This document shows positions 17,437 to 26,958 of a stretch of 57,082 nt of DNA, in pieces; within the stretch, counting starts at the first letter, position 1; each line of letters begins with the position of its first letter. The position numbers were made by a program, and so were the translations under genes. The stretch is from Candidatus Woesearchaeota archaeon (lineage in GTDB: Archaea; Nanobdellota; Nanobdellia; Woesearchaeales; GW2011-AR4): positions 1-57,082 of the forward strand of contig JAGVXV010000003.1 of the NCBI GenBank assembly GCA_018303625.1. The letters are read 5' to 3'. The notes below the pieces were generated by a model that worked only from the letters and a program-made list of their open reading frames with translations, had not been told where the DNA came from and ran no database searches.

Positions 17437-18204
17437 TTAAAGTACCTTATATCTCTTATGCAAAAAATAAAACCCAATTCCAAACATAATAATGCTTAAA
17501 ATCTGCCCCATTGAAAGCCAGCCAAAAAAGAAGCCAAGCTGCTCATCAGGCTGCCTGAAAAACTCGACAACGAACCTCAAAAATGAATACATTGTGACGA
17601 AAAGCCAGAAAAGAAAGCCTTTTGGCAGCTTCTTGTCCTTAACATTCCATAAAACGGCAAAAATAAAAAGATTTTTCAGGGACTCGTAAATCTGGCTCGG
17701 ATGGCGAAATCCTTCCGCATCCTGGAACTGGACAGCCCATGGCACATTTGTTATGCGGCCGTAAAGCTCGCCATTTATAAAATTCCCAAGCCTGCCCAAA
17801 GCCAAGCCCAAGGCCAGCGGGATGACAAAAATATCTGCCAATTCATAAAAATCAATTTTTCTTTTTTTTGCAAAAATTATGCCTGCAGCTACCGCTCCCA
17901 ACAAGCCGCCGTGAAAGCTCAAGCCGCCGTGCCATACGGCAAAAATTTCCAATGGGTTTGCAAGGTAGGATTTCAGATTGTAAATGAAAACATAAAAAAT
18001 CCTGGCGCCCAATATCACCCCGATTATTTCATAAAGCAGAAAGTCTGAAATGTCGTCTTTTGTAAGGCTAAGGCGCCTTTTATTTGCAAGGTATGCAAGC
18101 ATGAAATATGCAATAATAAACCCCAAAACAAAGAAAAGCCCGTAATAGCGTATTTCAAAAGGACCCAGCCTCAGAAGAACCGGATTAATATTGTGGTAAA
18201 ACAT
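17437..18204 (-). CDS. lgt: Prolipoprotein diacylglyceryl transferase
   Basis: IRYYG, GGLSFHGG, GRLGNFINGELYGR, RHPSQIYE, RFVVEFFR. Confidence 0.95.
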   Translation of the reverse strand: MFYHNINPVLLRLGPFEIRYYGLFFVLGFIIAYFMLAYLANKRRLSLTKDDISDFLLYEIIGVILGARIFYVFIYNLKSYLANPLEIFAVWHGGLSFHGGLLGAVAAGIIFAKKRKIDFYELADIFVIPLALGLALGRLGNFINGELYGRITNVPWAVQFQDAEGFRHPSQIYESLKNLFIFAVLWNVKDKKLPKGFLFWLFVTMYSFLRFVVEFFRQPDEQLGFFFGWLSMGQILSIIMFGIGFYFLHKRYKVL

Positions 18205-18219
18205 AATGCCTTTTTGCAG

Positions 18220-19008
18220 TTATTTTTTTAAAAATTTTTCCTTTACAATTAAATAAAAATACGCCCTGTTGAAGAATATTATCAGGTAAATGACAATGCC
18301 TGTCAGTATTGTAAATACCTTTAGGTAAATATTAAAGTACATTGCATAAGACTGGATTTTGCTCAATGCAGAGCCTACCAAGTAATATACGGCAAAATAA
18401 ATGCTGAAAATAATAATGCCGCTTAAATAAATTCCTCCATAGGATTTTATGTTTGTGAAAGCTATTTTTATTGTTTTTTCCAAAATTTCCCTTATTTTTG
18501 TTAAATTAACGAACAAGGAATGCGCAATGTTTATTATTGCATAGGAAAAGAATGCAAATGGCACTAAAATCAATAAAAAAACATACGGGGCTATCTGGCT
18601 TTTGACATTAAGCAGAAGTATGCCGTTCAGCGCAATAAATATGCCAAATAAGGACAGCATTATAATAAAATTCAATAAAAGAAAGCTTCCAAACCTTTTG
18701 AAATTTATTTTTTCACTGCCAAACATTTTTTTCAGGTAATGCAGGACAATAAACTTAAAGAAAGAATAAATAACAATCAAAATCAGATAATAAGCCAGGA
18801 TAAAAGCCATCAAAGGCGCTGTTGAATATGACTGCAACGGCTGCCTGAATAAGCTTATGCCTAAAGATTCCGCAAGGTTCGTAAACAGCAATAAGGCTGC
18901 AAAAAACCATACGTCAAAGATAAAAATCAGGAATGCATTGTCTTTATTGTTTTTTAACAAGTAAAAGGTCTGCCTGAAATAGCTGGTTTTTAGTTTTTTT
19001 ATTGCCAT
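18220..19008 (-). CDS. Multi-TM hypothetical membrane protein
   Basis: Long hydrophobic ORF. Confidence 0.75.
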   Translation of the reverse strand: MAIKKLKTSYFRQTFYLLKNNKDNAFLIFIFDVWFFAALLLFTNLAESLGISLFRQPLQSYSTAPLMAFILAYYLILIVIYSFFKFIVLHYLKKMFGSEKINFKRFGSFLLLNFIIMLSLFGIFIALNGILLLNVKSQIAPYVFLLILVPFAFFSYAIINIAHSLFVNLTKIREILEKTIKIAFTNIKSYGGIYLSGIIIFSIYFAVYYLVGSALSKIQSYAMYFNIYLKVFTILTGIVIYLIIFFNRAYFYLIVKEKFLKK

Positions 19009-19095
19009 TTAAAATAATAATTTCCTCTTTTGTTTTTAAATTTATTGAATTTTTAGGATAAGATGTTAAAATACTTTGTTTCTACTTTTTACTGT

Positions 19096-20211
19096 TTACT
19101 TGCTCTCCAAAGCAGCTACTCTTGCTTTTAATTCCTCTATCTGCTTTTGCTGTTCCTGCATTGCCTTTACTAAAATAGGTGTTAAGCCACCATAACCAAT
19201 GCTCATATTCCCTTCCTCTCCATAAACAATCTCAGGAACAACATTTTTTAATTCTTGTGCTATAAACCCAAAGCTATGGTTTCCTGTTTCCTTATAATCG
19301 TATTCTCTTGGCTTAATTTGCATAACTTCATTGAGTCCATATTTTGTCATATCGATTATGTTTTCTTTTAAAGATAAATCACTTTCAACAGTCCAGCATC
19401 CTGCTCCATCGCATTCTGCCTGTCCTTCAACATCTAATTCTATTCCAGAAGTAGGAGAAGTTGTGCCGATGCCGATATCACCAGTGCTGTCAATGGTCAT
19501 CCTTGTAGAGCCGTCTGCTGTTCTAAAGTAAATGTTAGGGTTAATATGCCCCAAATAAACATCATCAGCACTTAGCCCAACCATAAATATATCAGCAGTA
19601 TTAGCGGCATTTCTCGCATAAATATATCCTTCTGCGGGCAATCTTAAACTGCCTGTTGTTGCGGCATTTGCCCCTATTGATACTGCGCTCCTGACATCAA
19701 GCGCTGCTGTTGGGCTGCTTGTCCCAATCCCTACGTTGCCTGTGGGAAACACCACTCGGTTATTAGCGCCCCCATCAGCATAAACGCCAAGATATTCTGC
19801 CAGGACGCCACCGTTTGCAACTGACAAATTAAATGGATGGTTAGAGTTATATGGTGAGTGCAATGTTGCATAGTAATTAGCTGCATCAGAGCTTGTTTCT
19901 ATCCTCAGCTGCCCTGAATCGGATTTAAGCGTTAACAGCTTGCTTGGGCTCGTTGTTCCTATGCCTACCCTGTTGTTAGCTGAATCGGCATATAATGTGT
20001 TTGTGTTGACTAATAAATTGTTTGAGACATTTAAGGCGCCATTCTCTACAATTACATTACCTGCATTGATAAACAAAGCTGCCATTAAGAATAGAGCTAA
20101 CGCTAAGGTTAGCTTTAATATCGAGGTGAAAGAAAAGAATTTTGATGTTTTATTTATTGTATACTTTTGTTTTTTGTTATTTTCCATATATGCTCTATTT
20201 TCTTTTTTCAT
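19096..20211 (-). CDS. Membrane-anchored fibre protein with GNVGIGT repeats and C-terminal peptidase S74-like chaperone domain
   Basis: VGIGTTSP repeats; SDLSLKENI...GFIAQEL...LVKAMQEQQKQIEELK; RBS GAGGTG. Confidence 0.88.
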   Translation of the reverse strand: MKKENRAYMENNKKQKYTINKTSKFFSFTSILKLTLALALFLMAALFINAGNVIVENGALNVSNNLLVNTNTLYADSANNRVGIGTTSPSKLLTLKSDSGQLRIETSSDAANYYATLHSPYNSNHPFNLSVANGGVLAEYLGVYADGGANNRVVFPTGNVGIGTSSPTAALDVRSAVSIGANAATTGSLRLPAEGYIYARNAANTADIFMVGLSADDVYLGHINPNIYFRTADGSTRMTIDSTGDIGIGTTSPTSGIELDVEGQAECDGAGCWTVESDLSLKENIIDMTKYGLNEVMQIKPREYDYKETGNHSFGFIAQELKNVVPEIVYGEEGNMSIGYGGLTPILVKAMQEQQKQIEELKARVAALESK

Positions 20212-20239
20212 TTGTTTTCACCTCAAATAAAATTTAATT

Positions 20240-23200
20240 TTATGGGTTTCCATTTTCCGTCAAAGTTCCTTTTAGGAAAACATAACCCGTTTCATTAACA
20301 TTTATCATTAGAGTTCCATTATTTTTAATCCTAAAATCATTTCTGTTAATGTCAGAATTTATTGTTGCTTGATTTTCCTGCAAAGTTCCATCAATATACA
20401 TGCTGCCATTATTTTCAATTATTAAAACATCATTTGCATTGTTTCTTATTACAAAGGCAAAATTAGAAGTTCTTTGGAAGTTTGAGGATTGTTCTAGGGG
20501 ACCTTTAAGAACTATATTTCCTGCATCTCCGAACCATGCTATGTTGTTGCCTGTATTGTCTTTGATGAAGAATTTGTTTTGGTCGAGAAGTGTAGTTATA
20601 TTAACAGTAACAGTAAAATTACTATTGCCCCAATCGCTTTGAGAAACATTATCGTAAGCTAAACAGTTCCAGATATAATTTCCATTAGGAATATTATTTA
20701 TTGCGAAGGTTTCATAATCTACTGTTCCTGTTAATGTTTTTGTTTCATTTGATGACCAAATTCCAGAAATATTATGGTATAAGGTTATATTAGCTAAATT
20801 ATTGTCATCAGTTGCCGAGCAATTGAAGAGTATGTTTCCTGTTGTGCTTACATTGTTATTTTGTGGATTTACTAGGGTTACATTTGGAGGATCGTTCACT
20901 GGATTCACAGTCATCCTAAAGGTATCTGTATCAGTCAATGAACCAGTATCTGTAACTTTAACGGTAACATCAGAATAGCCGTACTGATTTTGGGCTGGTG
21001 TACCACAATCCACATACCTGTCTGAAACCACAGTACAACTAATCAACGAAGAGTTTGATTGAGAGTCTATAGAGAAAGTTAGCTGTGCGTCCGTATCCTC
21101 TATATCGCTGGCATTGGTGTACAAATCTATAAAGTTATCAGGTGGGGTCACATCCTCGTCTGTCGACTTGTCTGGTATTCCAGTCAAGACTGGAGCATCA
21201 TTCACAGAATTTACGGTTACCCTAAATGTATCGGTATTAGAACCCCCATCACTATCATCAACCTGAACCGTAATATCTGAATAGCCATATTGATCTTGTG
21301 CTGGAGTTCCGCAATCAACGTACCTGTTTGAATCTATGGAACAGTCTATCAACGACGAATTAGTTTCAGAAATTATTGCATATGTCATAAAAGAATCCCC
21401 ATCCTCTGTATCACTAGCATAACTATACAAATCTATCCAGTTATCTGGAGGAGTTGTATCCTCATCTGTATTTTTGTCAGGTACCCCAGATAGTGAAGGC
21501 TGGTTATTTGAAACTATTATAACATCGTTTTGTGTAGTCCAGGCAGATGTTCCTCCATCAGTATCTGTAAACATGCCACTTATATCCCAAGTTCCCAACT
21601 GAGAGTCAGCTGTTGTAGTTGTGACCGTACAATACCATCTGTGGTTACCAGAATCCCAATACTCAGTGCAATCATTCCATCCAGGATTTCCAGGTAATTG
21701 GTACTGGATGGTTGATGTTAGCTCAGATTCTGCATCTTCGGTATCAGAACCATGCAAATAGATTGTGAAACTTTGGGTTCTATATAGAGATGTTGTTGAT
21801 TTATCTAAGCTAACAACTGCTGGATTGTTATTTGAAACTGTTACAGTATTGTAATTATAAGTCCATCCAGACTCTTCTATACTATCGTTAACTTTCGTCC
21901 TAGAATCCCAAGTTCCCAATTGGTTATCGTTGATAGTTGTCGTAATATCACAATACCATCTGTGGTTTCCTGAATCCCAGTACTCTGTACAACTATTCCA
22001 CCCATCATTTGCAGGTCTTTGATATTCTATTGTAGATGTCAGACTGCTTTCAGAAGTTTCAGTGTCACTGTAGTGGGCATAGATCTTGAAGGTCTGAGTC
22101 CTGTAAAGGCTTGTTGGGGTTTGGTCCAAGCTTGTGACTGTTGGAGCATTGTTCATGTCAACACCACGATCCCAGAAAATTGGATTCATTTTTTGGAGCT
22201 CATTATAGTTGAAAGCTGGATCAAACCATCCATCCCAAAACTGAGTTATATTCCACGGATGGTTATTAGGAGCAGGATCGGGAGGATTATAGGTAGTAGA
22301 AACAGCCCATATTTCATTAAAATCTTCCCATAGAGTATCAGTGCCAGCTATATTAACAAAGTTATCTTGGTTATTATCATAAATATCCCAAAGAATAGAT
22401 GCAACTGCACCTTCAACATCATCTCCCCTAGGATTTCCCTCAAGTCCAGGAAGCTCAAGAGTCACATTCCATATTGTTTCAACATACCTATCAGAATCTG
22501 AATAATTAAAATGATCTCTAACTGCAGATTGGAAAAAATCTGGCCAACCTTCAATCCAAGCAGTTTCAGGATCTTCATGGGATGTCCACGAATGTGAGCA
22601 GGGAGGTTCCCAAGGATCATGACAATAATCCACATTCGGAGGATTTAAGTCTGCATAGTTATCCGTAATGAAATGACCATATTCATGCAGTATTACAGAC
22701 TCATCCCATTCGTCAGGGTCGCTTGAACTAGGGCCTTCTATATAGACCACGTTGTTACTATATCCTGAAAAATTATCAGAATCTGTATCAGGCCATTCTG
22801 CTCTTACTTGAGATGGAGCAGTATCAAAAATGTCCGCATACTGATATCCTTGAGTTATTGTATTGAGAATGTTATAAGCACCATCATGTGCATCTGGGAC
22901 AGCCTTATTTTCCATATTATAAGACCCATCAGGCACATCATCAACAGGTGGATCTGTTTTAGCAACATATAGATTATTATTGCTGTCTGTGACATTAACA
23001 GCAGAAGCCTCAGCTTTAACCTTTACATAAATATCTTGCCTCCCAAATAGAAAACCTTCCCAATTACTAACCGGACCGAGAGAATAGTATCCTGCCGAAT
23101 TTGTCGAACCTGTTTTGAGTAGATCATCATCCAACGGAAACAGGTCATCGTCCCACAATTCCACCGCGGCGTATTTTACTGGTTGATAAGATGCACTATC

Positions 23201-24322
23201 ATCATCCCAATAATAGAAGTAACCATAAACAGTTATCTCTCCTGCTAAAACACCTTCTACTTCTATATCATCAATATACCACCCTTCATTCCTTACAGAA
23301 GAATCGGTGTGGAAATTCCATTCTATTGTGGCAGTGCTTCCAACATAACTGCTTAGATCTATTGTTTCTTTTGTCCAGGAAGTGACTGTAGTGTCATACC
23401 TTTCTACTTCAGCTCCATTCACTTTGAATTGTCCATAATCATATGGGCTTCCTTCTATTGTGGGCATGAGATGCCAGAACTCGACGGAGGCATTAATATA
23501 ATCAGTTAAATCTATTGTTTGCTTCATATAGGCATCCATATTATCATCATATCTATGTAATTGTGAGTTAGCGGTAGTTTTAGTAGCTGTAAGTGTTACG
23601 TCATCAACATATGCCCCTTCATAAGTATTACTATAGTCTGAATAGAAGTAGAATCCTATGCTGAATTGAGAGGTTAAATACTGAGATGGAATGCTCACGC
23701 TGTGATATCCCCATCCACTGCTGCCATCTAATTTATCTCCAATCAAATACCAATTAGTCCCACCATTTCCAGTAACTCGTACTTGGAGATAATCATAATT
23801 ACTTTCAGTTTCGTACCAAGCATAATATGTTAAAGTAGCTGAATCCCAATCGCTTGCATCTGTTAGATACTTCCTCACCATATAAGCTTGCATGTCATTA
23901 TCATAGCTTACACAGTCAGTTTGATCTCCAATATCAGCAGACCATGCACTCCAACTTCCCCAATGTGATTTACAGGATAAATCATCCCAATAGTCTTCGC
24001 CACTATTTGCGTTGGAATCTCCAACTAACCAATTGTCACCAGGAAAAGCACCCTCAACATCTTCTGTGAAAACCGTAATTGTTTCAGTTTGATATCCAAT
24101 ATCAGCAGACCATGCACTCCAACTTCCCAAATGAGCATTATAGGATGTATCATCCCAATAATCAGATCCATCATTGCTATTGCTATCACCAACGGTCCAA
24201 CTACCTGGAAATGCCCCTTCGAAATTTTCAGATAGTATCGTAGCACTTTGAACAGGGGACACAATCAATAAACTTATAAGAAGCATGTAAACGAGCAAGG
24301 AGTATCTTTTTAGATTTATCAT
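20240..24322 (-). CDS. Large secreted zinc metalloprotease-like protein (jelly-roll repeats, HEYGH, Ig/cadherin-like repeats, shared C-terminal module)
   Basis: Signal peptide; GWYIDD/GAYVDD repeats; LHEYGH...AWIEGW; VNDAP/VNDPP repeats. Confidence 0.85.
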   Translation of the reverse strand: MINLKRYSLLVYMLLISLLIVSPVQSATILSENFEGAFPGSWTVGDSNSNDGSDYWDDTSYNAHLGSWSAWSADIGYQTETITVFTEDVEGAFPGDNWLVGDSNANSGEDYWDDLSCKSHWGSWSAWSADIGDQTDCVSYDNDMQAYMVRKYLTDASDWDSATLTYYAWYETESNYDYLQVRVTGNGGTNWYLIGDKLDGSSGWGYHSVSIPSQYLTSQFSIGFYFYSDYSNTYEGAYVDDVTLTATKTTANSQLHRYDDNMDAYMKQTIDLTDYINASVEFWHLMPTIEGSPYDYGQFKVNGAEVERYDTTVTSWTKETIDLSSYVGSTATIEWNFHTDSSVRNEGWYIDDIEVEGVLAGEITVYGYFYYWDDDSASYQPVKYAAVELWDDDLFPLDDDLLKTGSTNSAGYYSLGPVSNWEGFLFGRQDIYVKVKAEASAVNVTDSNNNLYVAKTDPPVDDVPDGSYNMENKAVPDAHDGAYNILNTITQGYQYADIFDTAPSQVRAEWPDTDSDNFSGYSNNVVYIEGPSSSDPDEWDESVILHEYGHFITDNYADLNPPNVDYCHDPWEPPCSHSWTSHEDPETAWIEGWPDFFQSAVRDHFNYSDSDRYVETIWNVTLELPGLEGNPRGDDVEGAVASILWDIYDNNQDNFVNIAGTDTLWEDFNEIWAVSTTYNPPDPAPNNHPWNITQFWDGWFDPAFNYNELQKMNPIFWDRGVDMNNAPTVTSLDQTPTSLYRTQTFKIYAHYSDTETSESSLTSTIEYQRPANDGWNSCTEYWDSGNHRWYCDITTTINDNQLGTWDSRTKVNDSIEESGWTYNYNTVTVSNNNPAVVSLDKSTTSLYRTQSFTIYLHGSDTEDAESELTSTIQYQLPGNPGWNDCTEYWDSGNHRWYCTVTTTTADSQLGTWDISGMFTDTDGGTSAWTTQNDVIIVSNNQPSLSGVPDKNTDEDTTPPDNWIDLYSYASDTEDGDSFMTYAIISETNSSLIDCSIDSNRYVDCGTPAQDQYGYSDITVQVDDSDGGSNTDTFRVTVNSVNDAPVLTGIPDKSTDEDVTPPDNFIDLYTNASDIEDTDAQLTFSIDSQSNSSLISCTVVSDRYVDCGTPAQNQYGYSDVTVKVTDTGSLTDTDTFRMTVNPVNDPPNVTLVNPQNNNVSTTGNILFNCSATDDNNLANITLYHNISGIWSSNETKTLTGTVDYETFAINNIPNGNYIWNCLAYDNVSQSDWGNSNFTVTVNITTLLDQNKFFIKDNTGNNIAWFGDAGNIVLKGPLEQSSNFQRTSNFAFVIRNNANDVLIIENNGSMYIDGTLQENQATINSDINRNDFRIKNNGTLMINVNETGYVFLKGTLTENGNP

Positions 24323-24403
24323 TCTTTTTGTCCCTCTTTTATAATCTTGAGGTGCTTATTTTCCTCAGACGGTTTCCAGCGGATCATTAAGGTACATCAC
24401 AGA

Positions 24404-25399
24404 TTACTTCCCCTGATTTAGGGGTAGATCGATTGTCGTTGCAATTGGTATCTCATAGTTTTTTTGTTGCTGTTGTTGTGGAGTAAGACTACTGACGGTG
24501 ATTTCACTACCTGATGCATTTATATACAAATAATTAGCCTGTTCGTAAGACTGCTTCCCAACACCTACCTTTATTTCCCAATACCCTTCTTTGACTACTT
24601 TAATAGTGGTGTCGAACTGTACCTTTTCTCCTTTAGCCACGGGACCTTCTATTTTTTTTATTAGATCTACCTCATCAACAATACCTTCAGGTAGCACTTT
24701 CCCTCCAGGTAGAACTATACCCTCAGGCAGCAACATCCCTATTACAAAGTCAGGACTATCTGAAGTGGGTGTTACAGTAACTCTAAGATTAACTGGATTG
24801 TTCAAATAAGGAGTTTCAGTGAGTTCAAGTTTAATGTCATAATCAAAGATTCTTTCTTTTCGTTTAGTAGGATCTGGGTAATCAAAAGGAAGTTGCCTTA
24901 CTTCCCCTGAATTTTCAGATACATTAATGTATAGAGAATCCCGATTTGTAAAATCCCCCCCCAGAGGATAGTAATTTATCACCTTCGCTTGAATTACCCC
25001 CATACCAGTTTCAGTTGCTTTTACCAAAGATTTGATTTGAACTTTCTCACCTGCAGATACCTCTCCATTAAAGGTTAAATTTCCGTTGACTAGAACAAAC
25101 CCTTCAGGTAAAAATATATTCATTGTTACATTTTTAGCATTGAAATCAAATTTAGAACTGAAAGTAAGCTCCACCACTTGACCCAATGATGGCACCCCGG
25201 ACATAGACAAATCTGCCGTAATGGGGGGTGATTGTTCACCTGATTGTGGTATCTTTTCTTTTGGTAGTGTGGTTATACTTTTTTTTGAGATTGGTGTTTG
25301 TGTTTCTTTTGCTACACATCCCACTCCAAAAATAACAACCAACAATAAACCAAATACTAAAAACCTGCATTCCCATTTTTTTAATTCATTTTTTTTCAT
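24404..25399 (-). CDS. Lipoprotein with two Ig-like (LPEG) domains
   Basis: Lipobox GVGC; paralog of 25411..26052. Confidence 0.8.
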   Translation of the reverse strand: MKKNELKKWECRFLVFGLLLVVIFGVGCVAKETQTPISKKSITTLPKEKIPQSGEQSPPITADLSMSGVPSLGQVVELTFSSKFDFNAKNVTMNIFLPEGFVLVNGNLTFNGEVSAGEKVQIKSLVKATETGMGVIQAKVINYYPLGGDFTNRDSLYINVSENSGEVRQLPFDYPDPTKRKERIFDYDIKLELTETPYLNNPVNLRVTVTPTSDSPDFVIGMLLPEGIVLPGGKVLPEGIVDEVDLIKKIEGPVAKGEKVQFDTTIKVVKEGYWEIKVGVGKQSYEQANYLYINASGSEITVSSLTPQQQQQKNYEIPIATTIDLPLNQGK

Positions 25400-25410
25400 T
25401 TTTATCAACC

Positions 25411-26052
25411 TCATTTATTTGTATCTATGTGTTGAGTGGGTGATGGAGTGGAAATATTTTCGTCTGATGTTTCATTTACTGATGGTGTAATAAGATTAGG
25501 AGGTAGTTGTGCGGTCATTGTCTTATTGGAGCGAGAATAAATTTGTAGTGGGGATTCACTGACACTTGCTGTTGTTTCAGATATATTGGTGAATAGTTTA
25601 TCTGTTTTTCCAAAGCCAAATTTCATACTTCTTGCAGACGCTTCAATAGTCCAATACCCCGTTTCAACTGATTTTACAGTTGCGTTTAATTGAAAAACCT
25701 CGTTTTTGGAAATATTACCTTTCCAAGACAAGTCTCCACTTACTAAGGAAAAGCCTGTAGGCAACTGAATGTCAACGACAGTATCGGGAGCATCAACAAG
25801 CGGCATTACAGTAAAAATTAAATCAACAGGCTGATTTAGTAAAGGTGTTCCAATCATAGACAAATTTACAATCATTGGAGCAGAGGGTTTGTCGCCTAAT
25901 GGTACTGGTGTCTCTTCTTGTTCTGGTAACGTCTTTTCAGGGACTTCTTTGGATGATACCTTCTCCACACACCCAAATTCAGAAATAACAACTAACAACA
26001 AACCAAATATCAAAATTACACTTTTCCAGTTTTTCAATTTAAGGTTATTCAT
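25411..26052 (-). CDS. Lipoprotein with one Ig-like (LPxG) domain; IS inserted directly before its ATG
   Basis: FGC lipobox-like; LSMxGxPxLxQxVxLxF shared with downstream paralog. Confidence 0.8.
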   Translation of the reverse strand: MNNLKLKNWKSVILIFGLLLVVISEFGCVEKVSSKEVPEKTLPEQEETPVPLGDKPSAPMIVNLSMIGTPLLNQPVDLIFTVMPLVDAPDTVVDIQLPTGFSLVSGDLSWKGNISKNEVFQLNATVKSVETGYWTIEASARSMKFGFGKTDKLFTNISETTASVSESPLQIYSRSNKTMTAQLPPNLITPSVNETSDENISTPSPTQHIDTNK

Positions 26053-26705
26053 TTCCGTAGGCAAGGATACTCGCAGACTTTAGTCTGCAGATGAATTGCC
26101 TTGCTACCTCCATAAACTTTTTCTACCATTTTTATCATAAAGCAGGTGCGCAACGCACTCGGCGCACGCACCCACAAAACCCATTTAGCGTGAGCTGTAA
26201 AAAATTCGTTGCGCGGAGGCAACGAAAATGGAATATGTAAACATTGAATTGGAGCATTACAACCATAAGGTTGGCATAAACTTCTGGCATCTGACTTGGC
26301 AAACCAAGTACCGCTACAAGATGTTTGCCAAGTTTGAATATAAAAATCTTTGCGAAGCTTCAATTCGCAAAGCAGCTTCAAGGCATAACATCAAAATCCA
26401 TATCCTTAATGTTCTACCAGACCATTTACACACACTTGTTACATTGCCAAAAGGCATGGCTGATGAAAAAGCCATGCAGCTTTTGAAAGGCTGTTCTGCA
26501 TACAGCTTCTTCAAAAACCACCCTAAAGCCCGTCTTAGATATCCGCAAGGACATCTTTGGAGCAGAGGCGGTTCTGCCGTGACAGTTGGCTATAACCAAC
26601 TGAGCGATACCATTTTGTACATCTTAAACCAAGCTAAGCATCATGGTTTAGCTTGAAATTCCCGACGCGGGATACTGCGGACTTTAGTCCGTCAGAGGAG
26701 GTCAT
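26053..26705 (+). mobile_element. IS200/IS605-family element (tnpA only, about 650 bp)
   Basis: Subterminal hairpins GCAGACT-TT-AGTCTGC and CGGACT-TT-AGTCCG, both preceded by GGATACT; TCAT at the left target (26049-52) and right end (26702-05). Confidence 0.85.
26228..26656 (+). CDS. tnpA: Y1 HUH transposase
   Basis: WQTKYR, PDHLH (HUH), LKG.SA, LWSRG, YILNQ. Confidence 0.95.
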   Translation: MEYVNIELEHYNHKVGINFWHLTWQTKYRYKMFAKFEYKNLCEASIRKAASRHNIKIHILNVLPDHLHTLVTLPKGMADEKAMQLLKGCSAYSFFKNHPKARLRYPQGHLWSRGGSAVTVGYNQLSDTILYILNQAKHHGLA

Positions 26706-26739
26706 TTTTTCTCTATGCAAGCTTATTCGGACAATAACT

Positions 26740-26949
26740 TTATTCAGTACTATTTTTTTCAAGAGCACTTATAATTGCTTCTTTTATTTGCTCTTTTAAT
26801 TCTTCACTTTGATTTACAGACGTTTGATTCATCACTATATTTTGATTTCCTTGAACACTTCTTACTGTAACCTCTTTTTCAATTCTCTGTCCGACACACC
26901 CACTTATGAGTAAAATAACCATTAATATTATTACAGTTTTTATCAACAT
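26740..26949 (-). CDS. Small lipoprotein
   Basis: Lipobox LISGC. Confidence 0.65.
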   Translation of the reverse strand: MLIKTVIILMVILLISGCVGQRIEKEVTVRSVQGNQNIVMNQTSVNQSEELKEQIKEAIISALEKNSTE

Positions 26950-26958
26950 TTTAATTTA

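Noticed and set aside
26053-26705. TnpB/omega-RNA system
   Set aside because: The right end follows tnpA within about 50 nt; no tnpB ORF is present.
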